A DNA stretch of 64,000 bases from a virus, in the IMG/VR virus record IMGVR_UViG_3300006793_000017, positions 1 through 64,000 of that record; one strand, 5' to 3'. The notes below the pieces were generated by a model. The model was not told the origin of the DNA. It ran no database searches and was given only the letters and a program-made list of their open reading frames with translations. Of the stretch, positions 28,900 to 38,071 are shown piece after piece. Each line of letters starts with the position of its first letter. Position 1 is the stretch's first letter. The translations under genes were made by a program, and so were the position numbers.

Positions 28900-30444
28900 T
28901 TATTTATCAATATTCTTAATCCATTCATCGATTGTCCAGAATGGAGCCACAAGCTCTTTGTAGCGTTTTACGTTAGTATTTAGCACGTTTCTGCCTGTTT
29001 CAAGTTTATCTTCAAACGCAGTGCTAAAGTATGTGTTAGAAAATATATGTAATCCCTGTATTACTTGCATCCATGCTGCTGGCGAATAACCGTTAAAAAC
29101 AGGCTCTACACCAACAAGTCCTTGCCAATAATGATCCCAGTCTTTTAGTTTCATTGCTAATGATTCTGGAATACGTTCTGGGTCATGTATATGACTTTTC
29201 CAGAAGTCTGTGTCATCTCTACGTCCTCTAAAATGTAATGCAATAAAGTCTTTAATATCTTCATAAACTGTATTAACTCTATGATTAAATCTATCTCTGT
29301 ACAGCGTGTGATCTCTTCTAGTAGGATCCCACAAATCTTGCATAGCATAAAGTGACTCACAAATAACTGCAATACCGTTTGCTTCTAATGGTTCTAAGAA
29401 ACCACTGCTTAAACCAATTGCAAAAACATTATTTTTCCAACTTTCTTTTGCTACTTCGGGTGTGTATGTAAATGAAGCAATAGGTTCTATATGTTCACCA
29501 CATACACTTCTTGCTTCCTCTAATGCTTGGTCTGCTGTAATATAATTGTTGTCATAAATGTAACCATTACCAGATCTGTGTTGCAAATTAATATTCCAAC
29601 GCCAACCATATTTCATTGCTGTTGCATTTGTTGTTACTGAATACTTGGGTTCGTCCCACCATGCAATAACAGAGTTGTGTGTAAAATGATCTGAGTAATC
29701 AGAGTATTCTGCTCCTAATTTTTTTCTAATTAGTAACTGTGCAAATCCAGTACAATCAACAAACCATTCTCCTTCAATTTCTCTGTTATCATCTAAAATT
29801 AAAGTTGTTATATCACCTTTATCATTTTGTTTGGCATCTACGTATGTGCCTTCGATCAATGTAATATCTCTTTTAAGAGCCACTTCTTTCAAGTATGCTG
29901 CCGTTGCTCTACTCTCATTGTGCCACATAGCAATAATTGGTAGTTCTGATTTAGAAGCACCAAACGGAACTTTATTTTCTTTAATAAAATAGTTTGCATA
30001 GAATGCATCTGCTAAAGGAACATCATTACCTAGCAGTGTAGCCTGATATAAATTCTTTTGCCTTTCAGCTGCTATTATACCGGTAAATTGTCCTAAGTTC
30101 ATATTAAAGACACTAGCGTCAGGATTGTCTGACCATCCATCTAACCAAGGTGCATAATCTGTTTGCAAACAATGAATAAATTCACTACCTACTCCTGACC
30201 AATCTTTAAAACGTCCACCTAGTTTTGGTGTAGCATTTGCTTTAGCAACAAAGTCATCAAAATCGATATCAAGATACTTTAACATATCAACAAATGTAGT
30301 TGTACCGCTTTCACCAGCAATAATAGGTGGCTTATTAGGATCTTCAACAACAGTAATATTCATACTAGGTCTTGTCTTTTTTATTAGTAGTGCAGTTAAC
30401 CAGCCTGCAACGCCACCGCCTAATATAACTGTATTAGAGTTCAT
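28900..30444 (-). CDS. flavin-dependent halogenase family protein 2 (divergent)
   Basis: GGGVAG, AGESGT, ATPK, WRWNIN and GFLEPLEANG motifs. Confidence 0.85.
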   Translation of the reverse strand: MNSNTVILGGGVAGWLTALLIKKTRPSMNITVVEDPNKPPIIAGESGTTTFVDMLKYLDIDFDDFVAKANATPKLGGRFKDWSGVGSEFIHCLQTDYAPWLDGWSDNPDASVFNMNLGQFTGIIAAERQKNLYQATLLGNDVPLADAFYANYFIKENKVPFGASKSELPIIAMWHNESRATAAYLKEVALKRDITLIEGTYVDAKQNDKGDITTLILDDNREIEGEWFVDCTGFAQLLIRKKLGAEYSDYSDHFTHNSVIAWWDEPKYSVTTNATAMKYGWRWNINLQHRSGNGYIYDNNYITADQALEEARSVCGEHIEPIASFTYTPEVAKESWKNNVFAIGLSSGFLEPLEANGIAVICESLYAMQDLWDPTRRDHTLYRDRFNHRVNTVYEDIKDFIALHFRGRRDDTDFWKSHIHDPERIPESLAMKLKDWDHYWQGLVGVEPVFNGYSPAAWMQVIQGLHIFSNTYFSTAFEDKLETGRNVLNTNVKRYKELVAPFWTIDEWIKNIDK

Positions 30445-31939
30445 GGTTTACCTCCAAGTAACGATCTTTTAATATGTTTAATGCTTCTCGATGTGTGTAA
30501 ATTTTTTCATCTGGCCAATCTGCTAATTGTTTTTTCATTAAATTTGTTAAACTTTCATTGTGTCTTTCTGCAAAATTTTCTTCCCAAAACTTTTTACAAG
30601 CATCATAATCAAAAAGATGTAAGCCGTGCATAACTTGTATCCAATTAAGATAACTGAACATAAGAGACGGATCAACAAAGTGTCCTGAATTAGGATAAGC
30701 AGTTTTAAATGACTGTAGTGTTTCTTCGTTGAATGGTGTTAGAACAATACCTTCATCACACCAACGCCAAAACTCTGAGTCGTTACGTTTTGTAAGATAA
30801 TGTATCTGAATAAAGTCAATAATGTTAGTAGCAATTAAATTCATTCTTTCATTAAATCTTTTTGCAACAGTATCATCATTTTTTCTATAGTACAATAAAT
30901 TACCTACAAGTATATTAACTTGTTGTATTGTTGAACCTATTGATGTTGCTTCTAAAGGTTCTACAAACATAGCACTAAGCCCTAATGATACACAATTCTT
31001 TGTCCAAAATTCGTTAACATATCCAGCATTAAATTTTACACGTTTACCTATTTCTAAATCTTTAATACCTAAATGCTTTTCATAGTGCTGCGATACTTCA
31101 TCATATGCTTGTGTTTCGTTAATAAATTGATCACTAAACACATAACCATTTCCATATCTATCTTGTGTAGGAATTCTCCAACACCAACCACTGCTTAGTG
31201 CAGTTGCTTCTGTATAAGATGGGATGTCTTCAGTTCTAGCAGTAGGAAACGCAATAGCACTATTCATAGGAAGTTGATGTCCACAGTCTATCCATTTTTG
31301 TCCTAGTTTACTTGATATAACTCTATTAAATCCACTACAGTCAATAAAGAAATCACTAGCATGTTTTGTTCCAGCTTCGTCAACTAGCTCTTTAACATTA
31401 CCTGTTTCATCTAAAATTACATCTTCAATATCAACATCTAATACTTCGATTCCTCTTTCTACACATAATCGTGTAAAGAATTCATTTAATTTATTTGTAT
31501 CAAAATGGTATTGAGCAAAACTATCATGAAAAGGTTCAGCATGTAAACTACTAGCAGTTCTTTTCCAAACAGTATCAATAGGATCCCAATTTTCAGCAAT
31601 CATTCTCATCCATTGAACAGGTGCTTCACTAAGTGGATCTAGTGCTGCAAACTGTTCTGTTAAACTATGAAAATAATGTTTCCCATCTCCTTGCCAATTA
31701 GTAAACTTAATACCGATTTTAAATGTTGCTCCTGTTTCTCTAACAATCGTTGGAACATCAACATCAATGTGGTGCATAAATCTTTGCCAGTGTTCTGTAC
31801 TACCTTCACCAACACCAATAATACCAATCTTACTTGATCTTAAAAGTTTTAATTTTAATAGAGGGTGAGATTTTCTAAGTGTTAGTGCTGCAACTAATCC
31901 ACTTGTTCCGCCACCTAATATTGTTAGAGATTTTATCAT
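30434..31939 (-). CDS. flavin-dependent halogenase family protein 3
   Basis: GGGTSG, IGVGEGSTEHW, ATFK, WCWRIP and FVEPLEATS motifs. Confidence 0.88.
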   Translation of the reverse strand: MIKSLTILGGGTSGLVAALTLRKSHPLLKLKLLRSSKIGIIGVGEGSTEHWQRFMHHIDVDVPTIVRETGATFKIGIKFTNWQGDGKHYFHSLTEQFAALDPLSEAPVQWMRMIAENWDPIDTVWKRTASSLHAEPFHDSFAQYHFDTNKLNEFFTRLCVERGIEVLDVDIEDVILDETGNVKELVDEAGTKHASDFFIDCSGFNRVISSKLGQKWIDCGHQLPMNSAIAFPTARTEDIPSYTEATALSSGWCWRIPTQDRYGNGYVFSDQFINETQAYDEVSQHYEKHLGIKDLEIGKRVKFNAGYVNEFWTKNCVSLGLSAMFVEPLEATSIGSTIQQVNILVGNLLYYRKNDDTVAKRFNERMNLIATNIIDFIQIHYLTKRNDSEFWRWCDEGIVLTPFNEETLQSFKTAYPNSGHFVDPSLMFSYLNWIQVMHGLHLFDYDACKKFWEENFAERHNESLTNLMKKQLADWPDEKIYTHREALNILKDRYLEVNHEL

Positions 31940-33423
31940 AACTTATAGGTAGTCCTTCCTTTTAATGTTTCTATTGCTTCTCTACATTTCATCCAGCCGT
32001 TACCTGGAGTTTGTGGTAGCATAGATAATTGTGCTGTATCTTCTGCACGATATTTACTATAACGCTCATTATATAATTTTTTAATGCTAGGAATATCAAA
32101 CATACGCAATCCATGCATAATCTGTATCCAATTTAAATTATCGTAAATTCTAAAACTTCCGTGCATACCATCTTCGGGTAATAATATTTGATTTACAAAT
32201 TGTTTTTTAAAATTTTCTAAGTTTTGTTTATTAAAAGGAGTAACTTCTATTTCATTTTTACACCAACGCCAAAACTTTGAATCTTCTCTTTGTGTAAAAT
32301 AATGCAATTGAATAAAGTCTAACACATTACTTAAACAGTCATCAAATATCCTATTGTATTCATTTATAGTTGCTTGATCGCCACGTTCCCAAGATGCTAG
32401 TGCGCCAACTAATGCTCTTGATTGTTGTATAGTTGTTGAAATACTACTTGCTTCTAAAGGCTCTACAAAGTTACTGCTAAGTCCAATGCTAACACAGTTC
32501 TTAATCCAAAACTTATTAACCTTACCTGAAACAAAATTAATTTTTCTACCTATATTAATTGTATCTGAAAATAAAGATTGTATTTCTGCTATGGCTTCGT
32601 CTTCAGAAATAAATTGATCACTAAACACATAACCGTTACCAAAACGTTCTTGTACAGGACTACGCCAATGCCAACCAGCACTTAATGCTTTAGAAAGTGT
32701 GTAAGGTGGTATCTCTTCTTGGCGTGGTGTTTGAAAAGCAATAGCACTATTCATAGGTAAAAATGATGACCAGTCTACCCATTCAGCACCTAGTTTACTT
32801 GCAATAACTCTTTTGAATCCACTACTATCAATAAAAAAGTCTGCGGTGTGTGTTCGTCTTTCTATGTCGACTACTGAGTCTACAAAGCCCCCGTCACCAA
32901 TGTTAACATCTACAACTTCTGTAGTTATAACGTTAATACCTGCTTCAATGCATCTCTTTTCTAAAAATGCATTTAATTTTTCACTATCAAAATGGAACTG
33001 ATAGTAATCTTCAAATGGCGGACTTACATATCCTTGCATAGGTAAATCCCAATGCAACGATTCAGAATCAACACCTTCTGAAATCAATCTCATCAATGTA
33101 TGTGCATCACCTGTGTATGCATCTACAAATATATATGGTTCTGCTAAACTGTGATAGTAGCTGGTTTTGTCACCGTGCCAATCTTCAAACTTAATACCAA
33201 TCTTAATAGTTGCACCACATTCTCTTGCAAGATCAGTCATTGTAATACCTACTGCATCAGCGAATCTTCTCCAATGTTCAGTACTACCTTCGCCAACACC
33301 AATAGTTCCAATTTTATCAGATTTAATAAGTGTAATGTCTAAGTTGTCAATAGACTTTTTATGATATAGTGCAGTCATTAGTCCAGCATTACCGCCACCT
33401 AGCACAAGTAATTTTTTAATCAT
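31936..33423 (-). CDS. flavin-dependent halogenase family protein 4
   Basis: GGGNAG, IGVGEGSTEHW, ATIK, WHWRSP and FVEPLEASS motifs; close paralog of protein 3. Confidence 0.88.
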   Translation of the reverse strand: MIKKLLVLGGGNAGLMTALYHKKSIDNLDITLIKSDKIGTIGVGEGSTEHWRRFADAVGITMTDLARECGATIKIGIKFEDWHGDKTSYYHSLAEPYIFVDAYTGDAHTLMRLISEGVDSESLHWDLPMQGYVSPPFEDYYQFHFDSEKLNAFLEKRCIEAGINVITTEVVDVNIGDGGFVDSVVDIERRTHTADFFIDSSGFKRVIASKLGAEWVDWSSFLPMNSAIAFQTPRQEEIPPYTLSKALSAGWHWRSPVQERFGNGYVFSDQFISEDEAIAEIQSLFSDTINIGRKINFVSGKVNKFWIKNCVSIGLSSNFVEPLEASSISTTIQQSRALVGALASWERGDQATINEYNRIFDDCLSNVLDFIQLHYFTQREDSKFWRWCKNEIEVTPFNKQNLENFKKQFVNQILLPEDGMHGSFRIYDNLNWIQIMHGLRMFDIPSIKKLYNERYSKYRAEDTAQLSMLPQTPGNGWMKCREAIETLKGRTTYKL

Positions 33424-34037
33424 TTCTTTTCCTTGGTATGTACTTCTAAACTTGCAACAGAGTCTGTTGCTAGATTAAAATTTATATCCCCATATGGCAT
33501 TGTATTAAAACTTATAATGTATCTATCTTTTTCTCCGAAGTGTGGAGTTGAACTATGAAATAACCAACTAGGAAATAAAACAAGTTTTCCAGCTTCAGCA
33601 TCACTAAACCAATGCGGACTATAATCATGTCTAAGTACTTCTAGTTGTGCTTCTGTTCTATGCTTAACAGGATCTTCAAATACTGTTGCAGCACCTTCAG
33701 TAACATAATACACCCCACTCAAAAAACTCATAGAGTGTCTGTGATATTGTAAACGCATACCTTCTCTAGGCAATGCTCTATTAAACCAACTGCTTGTAAT
33801 TTTAAAACCATCGCAGTCAAATTTTTGTTGTACGTGAACTTGCTTTATGCAATCATTAATCCATGTAAACAATGGATTCAATTCTTTTTTGTCATGTAAG
33901 TTTCTCATAGAACTAATTGTATCAGAATGTTTTACATGATCTGCATACTGCTCACACAAAGGAATCAAAGCATCGTTGTCAAGCTCTGTGTTCTTAAATT
34001 CAAATAGTTCTGTTGGAAACGTAGGTATTACTTTCAT
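33420..34037 (-). CDS. 2OG-Fe(II) oxygenase (TIGR02466-like)
   Basis: WFN, HRH, LSGVYY, LFPSWLFHS and RYIISFN motifs. Confidence 0.85.
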   Translation of the reverse strand: MKVIPTFPTELFEFKNTELDNDALIPLCEQYADHVKHSDTISSMRNLHDKKELNPLFTWINDCIKQVHVQQKFDCDGFKITSSWFNRALPREGMRLQYHRHSMSFLSGVYYVTEGAATVFEDPVKHRTEAQLEVLRHDYSPHWFSDAEAGKLVLFPSWLFHSSTPHFGEKDRYIISFNTMPYGDINFNLATDSVASLEVHTKEKK

Positions 34038-34615
34038 TAAAACTCAACCCAGCCTGTTAAAAGATATTTTTCACCACTTAATGGCGGATTGCCTCTGTGA
34101 GTATGCGTGTAACTTGCGGGCCAAACAACTAAGGTTCCTTCAGTAGCAGCAATACGCTTCTTTTGGTACAACCATTCTGTTTCTCCGCCTTCGTCAACTG
34201 TATTAAGATACATTCCCCACGCTGCAATTCTACCTGACCTTTCTTTTGTATCTGATTCAAAATGCCAAGTATGATATCCTTCTCCTGGAAGGGTTTTTTG
34301 AAGTTTCATAAAGTAAACTCTGTGATCGCCGCACTCGCCTAACACACTATAATGTGCAGTATATTGCTTCCAGCAATCAATAAATCTATTCATAAAAGTA
34401 TGTATAGTAGGATTGTCTGTTGACATATTCAATGCAGGTTGTTCAAGAAGAAACGCAGCATGATCTGCTTTATTATGTGCTGAATTATCTCCTAAAGTTT
34501 GACGACTAGCAGTTAAATGCAAGTCGTTCAATTTTTCATAATATTCAATAAGGGCTGCACATTCTTCGGGTCTCATAACGCCGGTCCATGTTGCAATATC
34601 GTTCTCTATAATCAT
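34037..34615 (-). CDS. 2OG-Fe(II) oxygenase (prolyl 4-hydroxylase-like, cyanophage type)
   Basis: GYHTWHFE, YLN.V.EGGET, WPA.YTHTHRG and KY..TGW motifs. The start is moved to the ATG at 34615, 5 nt after ATAAATA. Confidence 0.85.
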   Translation of the reverse strand: MIIENDIATWTGVMRPEECAALIEYYEKLNDLHLTASRQTLGDNSAHNKADHAAFLLEQPALNMSTDNPTIHTFMNRFIDCWKQYTAHYSVLGECGDHRVYFMKLQKTLPGEGYHTWHFESDTKERSGRIAAWGMYLNTVDEGGETEWLYQKKRIAATEGTLVVWPASYTHTHRGNPPLSGEKYLLTGWVEF

Positions 34616-34620
34616 ATTAC

Positions 34621-34671
34621 TATTTATGGCCAGTTTATTAATGACATGAATAGTCTGAAAGCAGATAAATA
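34621..34671. promoter_or_regulatory. divergent pair of late promoter cores
   Basis: ATAAATA on the minus strand at 34621-34627 and on the plus strand at 34665-34671. Confidence 0.65.
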
Positions 34672-34701
34672 CTTTACAACAACAGTGGATGAACTCATAA
34701 T

Positions 34702-36435
34702 ATGGCAAATTTACCTATCATTAATAACCTTCGTGTAGTACCTAGAGATGCAGAATTTCTGGATAGAAAAACAGGTGCTCGTGGAGAAATATTCTATGAT
34801 AAAGACAATAATACAATTAGACTGTACGATAGTCAGATTGTAGGTGGTTTACCATTAGCAAGAGGCGATTTAACTAACGTTACTAACGCAATATTTGCAG
34901 CAAAAGCAACAGCAGCAGGCGTTGGTGGCGGTAGCGGAAGTGGTAGTATCGAAGTTAGCCAATCTGCACCAAGTACGCCGGAAGAAGGTACAATTTGGTT
35001 TAACAGTACTAATGGTACACTGTATGTCTATATCAATGATGGAGATAGTAACCAATGGGTACAACCAGTATTAGGTTACCCGGCTATTCCGTCAAATTTA
35101 CAAGATTTATCAAACGTAACTATTACATCACCAAGTGCTGATCAAGTTTTAAAATGGAACGGCAGCGCATGGATTAACGCAGCAGCACCAGCAGCTGGAT
35201 TAGATCAAGCAGCAGTTAGGTCAAGTGTTTCAGTTGGCACAGAAGGAACTGCGGCAGGTGACGGAGCAGTTAGTTACGACAACGGAACAGGTGTGTTTAC
35301 ATATACACCACCATTACTAAACAGTTTAACAGTCAGTGGTAACTTAGATATGGGTAGTAATGATATTACTACAACAGGCAAAGTTTACTACGCAAACGTA
35401 TTTGCAACCGAAGGTGATTTACCTAGCGCCACAACTTATCATGGCATGTTTGCTCATGTACATGGAACAGGTAAAGGTTATTATGCTCATGCAGGTGCAT
35501 GGTCTAAACTAGCAAACGAAGCAACAACACTTGCTGGGTACGGAATTACAGATGCTGCAACTTCAGCACAAGGTACTAAAGCAGACAGTGCATTACAAGA
35601 TTTAACAACAACTTCTATTACAACACTTGCAGATGTTTCAACAAGTTCACCAAGTACTAACCAAGTACTTAAATGGGACGGCGCACAATGGTCGCCAGCA
35701 TCAGACGCAGTTGGTAGTGGTGCTATAACTGCAACTATTGGTGGAGCAACACAGGCAAATCCAGTTGTAATTAGTACAACTTCTGCACATGGATTCTACG
35801 AAGGACAACCTGTAACTATTACAGGTGTTGTTGGTATGACAGAACTTAATGGTAACGAATACTATGCAAACATTACTAGCACATTAGAGTTTGCTTTGTA
35901 TTCTGATAGTGGATTAACATCAAGTGTTAACGGTACAGGATTTACAGCATACACATCAAGTGGTACAGCAACAGGTGGTGCAACGGCTGCTGAAGTTGGT
36001 AACTTTGTATTCACAGGTTCAAACATTGACACTAGTGACAGTTCAGGAATAAACTTTACTCCAGGTGTGTTAATGCAAAGTGATCTAACTGTTGAAAACG
36101 ATTTAACTGTCAATAACTTGCTCACAGCAGCACAATTTTCAGTAACAGATTTCACAACAACAAATCATACAACAACTAACTTAACTGTTAGTGATACGCT
36201 ATCAGTAAAAACTATCGCTCAAACCGATACTGGAACGCCACAAATTACAAGTAGTTCAACTCTAGTTTTAGATACACAAGACGGTGTAAGAGTTACTGGT
36301 GCTCCGTTTAGATTACCTAGTTTTACAACAACAGAGAAAAATGCATTGTCGCCTGGGAACGGTGATATGATATATGATTCTACGTTGAATAAAGCACAGG
36401 TATATGAAAACGGTGCTTGGGCGAGTCTAGTATAG
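34702..36435 (+). CDS. tail fibre/virion structural protein
   Basis: 577 aa with 'L.DLS.V...P...QVLKWNG..W' repeats, GVFTYTPP, LAGYGITDA and an E1-FCCH-like beta domain (NPVVI..AHGF..G..V.I.GV.GMTELNG). Confidence 0.75.
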   Translation: MANLPIINNLRVVPRDAEFLDRKTGARGEIFYDKDNNTIRLYDSQIVGGLPLARGDLTNVTNAIFAAKATAAGVGGGSGSGSIEVSQSAPSTPEEGTIWFNSTNGTLYVYINDGDSNQWVQPVLGYPAIPSNLQDLSNVTITSPSADQVLKWNGSAWINAAAPAAGLDQAAVRSSVSVGTEGTAAGDGAVSYDNGTGVFTYTPPLLNSLTVSGNLDMGSNDITTTGKVYYANVFATEGDLPSATTYHGMFAHVHGTGKGYYAHAGAWSKLANEATTLAGYGITDAATSAQGTKADSALQDLTTTSITTLADVSTSSPSTNQVLKWDGAQWSPASDAVGSGAITATIGGATQANPVVISTTSAHGFYEGQPVTITGVVGMTELNGNEYYANITSTLEFALYSDSGLTSSVNGTGFTAYTSSGTATGGATAAEVGNFVFTGSNIDTSDSSGINFTPGVLMQSDLTVENDLTVNNLLTAAQFSVTDFTTTNHTTTNLTVSDTLSVKTIAQTDTGTPQITSSSTLVLDTQDGVRVTGAPFRLPSFTTTEKNALSPGNGDMIYDSTLNKAQVYENGAWASLV

Positions 36436-36444
36436 GTATAAAGC

Positions 36445-38049
36445 ATGGCTGAAAAAGAATATATTGTCACAGTAAAAGCCGGTATTGATCTTAATGCATT
36501 TGATGCAGAAATGGTTGCATCATTTGGCGATGAAACTATTCCAAGCAGAAGCGTTGAAATTGCAAATGCACGTCCGGCCTCACAAAGAAACACACATTAT
36601 TACTTGTCAGATGATGAAGCAACTACACTTGCTAACGACAGCAGAGTAATAGCAGTTGAGATTCCACCAGAACAAAGAGATGATATTGAGATTACACTTA
36701 GAGCAAGGCAGTCAGGAACATTCTATAGAGGTTCCGGCAGCGCAGGTAACATTGATAACTGGGGACTTAAACGTTGTCAGAGTTTAACAGAAAACTATGG
36801 TAATGGTAGCACACCTTCCGGCGAACAGATAGTTACACAAATAACAGAAGATTACTTGTATCCACTAGATGGTACAGGTGTTGATGTTGTTATTCAAGAT
36901 TCGGGTATTGAACCCTTGCATCCAGAATGGCAAGATGCTAACGGTGTTTCTAGATTAGTTGAGCTAGACTGGTATGATGGATTCAGCGGCGGTGGCTCAA
37001 TGCCTGCAGAACATTACACAGACTATCATGGCCATGGAACACACTGCGCTGGCACAGTTGCAGGTAAAACATTTGGTTGGGCAAAGAATGCAAAAATATA
37101 TGCAGTAAAGATGATTCCAGGAACAGCAGATCCTAATGGTGGTATTCCTATTTCAGATTGTTTTGATGTTATTAGAGAATGGCACAATAACAAACCAGTT
37201 ACAAGCACAGGATATAAAAGACCAACTATTGTTAATATGAGTTGGGGATACGGAACTAATATTCCACAAGCAACAACGCCAGTAGGCGGAAGTTACAGAG
37301 GAACTAATTGGTTTTGGGGAACAACATACAATAATGTTTCCGACTTATGGGCAAACACAGGTGTTGTACCTTATGTAGGTTCAAGATGGAAAATACCTGT
37401 ACAGGTTGCATCAGTTGATGCTGATGTAGAAGAACTTATTAATGCAGGAGTACATGTCTGTATTGCAGCAGGAAATGATTATTACAAAGTTACAACTTCA
37501 GGAGAAATTGATTATAATAACACAGTTTCGTGGACTAGTTACGGAACACAGTTTTACAATAGACCTCCTTCTCCATATGCAACAGGAGCATTTAACGTAG
37601 GAAACATTGACAGTAGAATTCTTAACGATCAAGATGTAACAAAGCCAGACAGTATGAAAGGCCCAGCGGTAACAATATGGGCACCTGGTACAAATATTAT
37701 TAGTGCATGTTCACAGATATCAGAAATAGGTGGCCCAACACCATATAAATTAGATCCTGCATTTGGACAGCAATCTATTAGTGGTACAAGTATGGCATGT
37801 CCGCAAGTATGTGGTGTAGGAGCATTACATTTACAAGCAAAGCCTGAACTAACACCAGCACAATTAAAGCAAGAAATAGAAGCAAATTCGCCACAAGCAA
37901 TGTATTCAACAGGGCTTTCAAATGATTATAATGCATATACTACTAGTATTATGGGGTCTGAAGGTAGAATATTATACAACAAATATAAGACAGATGAGTC
38001 ACATAAAATTCAAGGTAGTGTTACTATCACAAACTTAGGTATCGCATAA
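36445..38049 (+). CDS. S8 subtilisin-like serine protease
   Basis: Catalytic triad motifs VIQDSG, HGTHCAG and SGTSMACP, oxyanion AAGN, and an N-terminal I9-like prodomain. Confidence 0.92.
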   Translation: MAEKEYIVTVKAGIDLNAFDAEMVASFGDETIPSRSVEIANARPASQRNTHYYLSDDEATTLANDSRVIAVEIPPEQRDDIEITLRARQSGTFYRGSGSAGNIDNWGLKRCQSLTENYGNGSTPSGEQIVTQITEDYLYPLDGTGVDVVIQDSGIEPLHPEWQDANGVSRLVELDWYDGFSGGGSMPAEHYTDYHGHGTHCAGTVAGKTFGWAKNAKIYAVKMIPGTADPNGGIPISDCFDVIREWHNNKPVTSTGYKRPTIVNMSWGYGTNIPQATTPVGGSYRGTNWFWGTTYNNVSDLWANTGVVPYVGSRWKIPVQVASVDADVEELINAGVHVCIAAGNDYYKVTTSGEIDYNNTVSWTSYGTQFYNRPPSPYATGAFNVGNIDSRILNDQDVTKPDSMKGPAVTIWAPGTNIISACSQISEIGGPTPYKLDPAFGQQSISGTSMACPQVCGVGALHLQAKPELTPAQLKQEIEANSPQAMYSTGLSNDYNAYTTSIMGSEGRILYNKYKTDESHKIQGSVTITNLGIA

Positions 38050-38071
38050 ATACAGTAGAGGAACAAATATT

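Noticed and set aside
19800-34615. Classical secondary-metabolite cluster (pyrrolnitrin, NRPS or RiPP)
   Set aside because: No prnB-D, scaffold synthase, exporter, flavin reductase or clear leader-core precursor is visible, so the prnA symbol was not assigned.
22432-34615. TET/JBP-type DNA base-modification pathway
   Set aside because: The motifs match TIGR02466, DUF6445, JmjC and P4H-like families, and no adjacent DNA methyltransferase is present. It cannot be fully excluded without nucleoside analysis.
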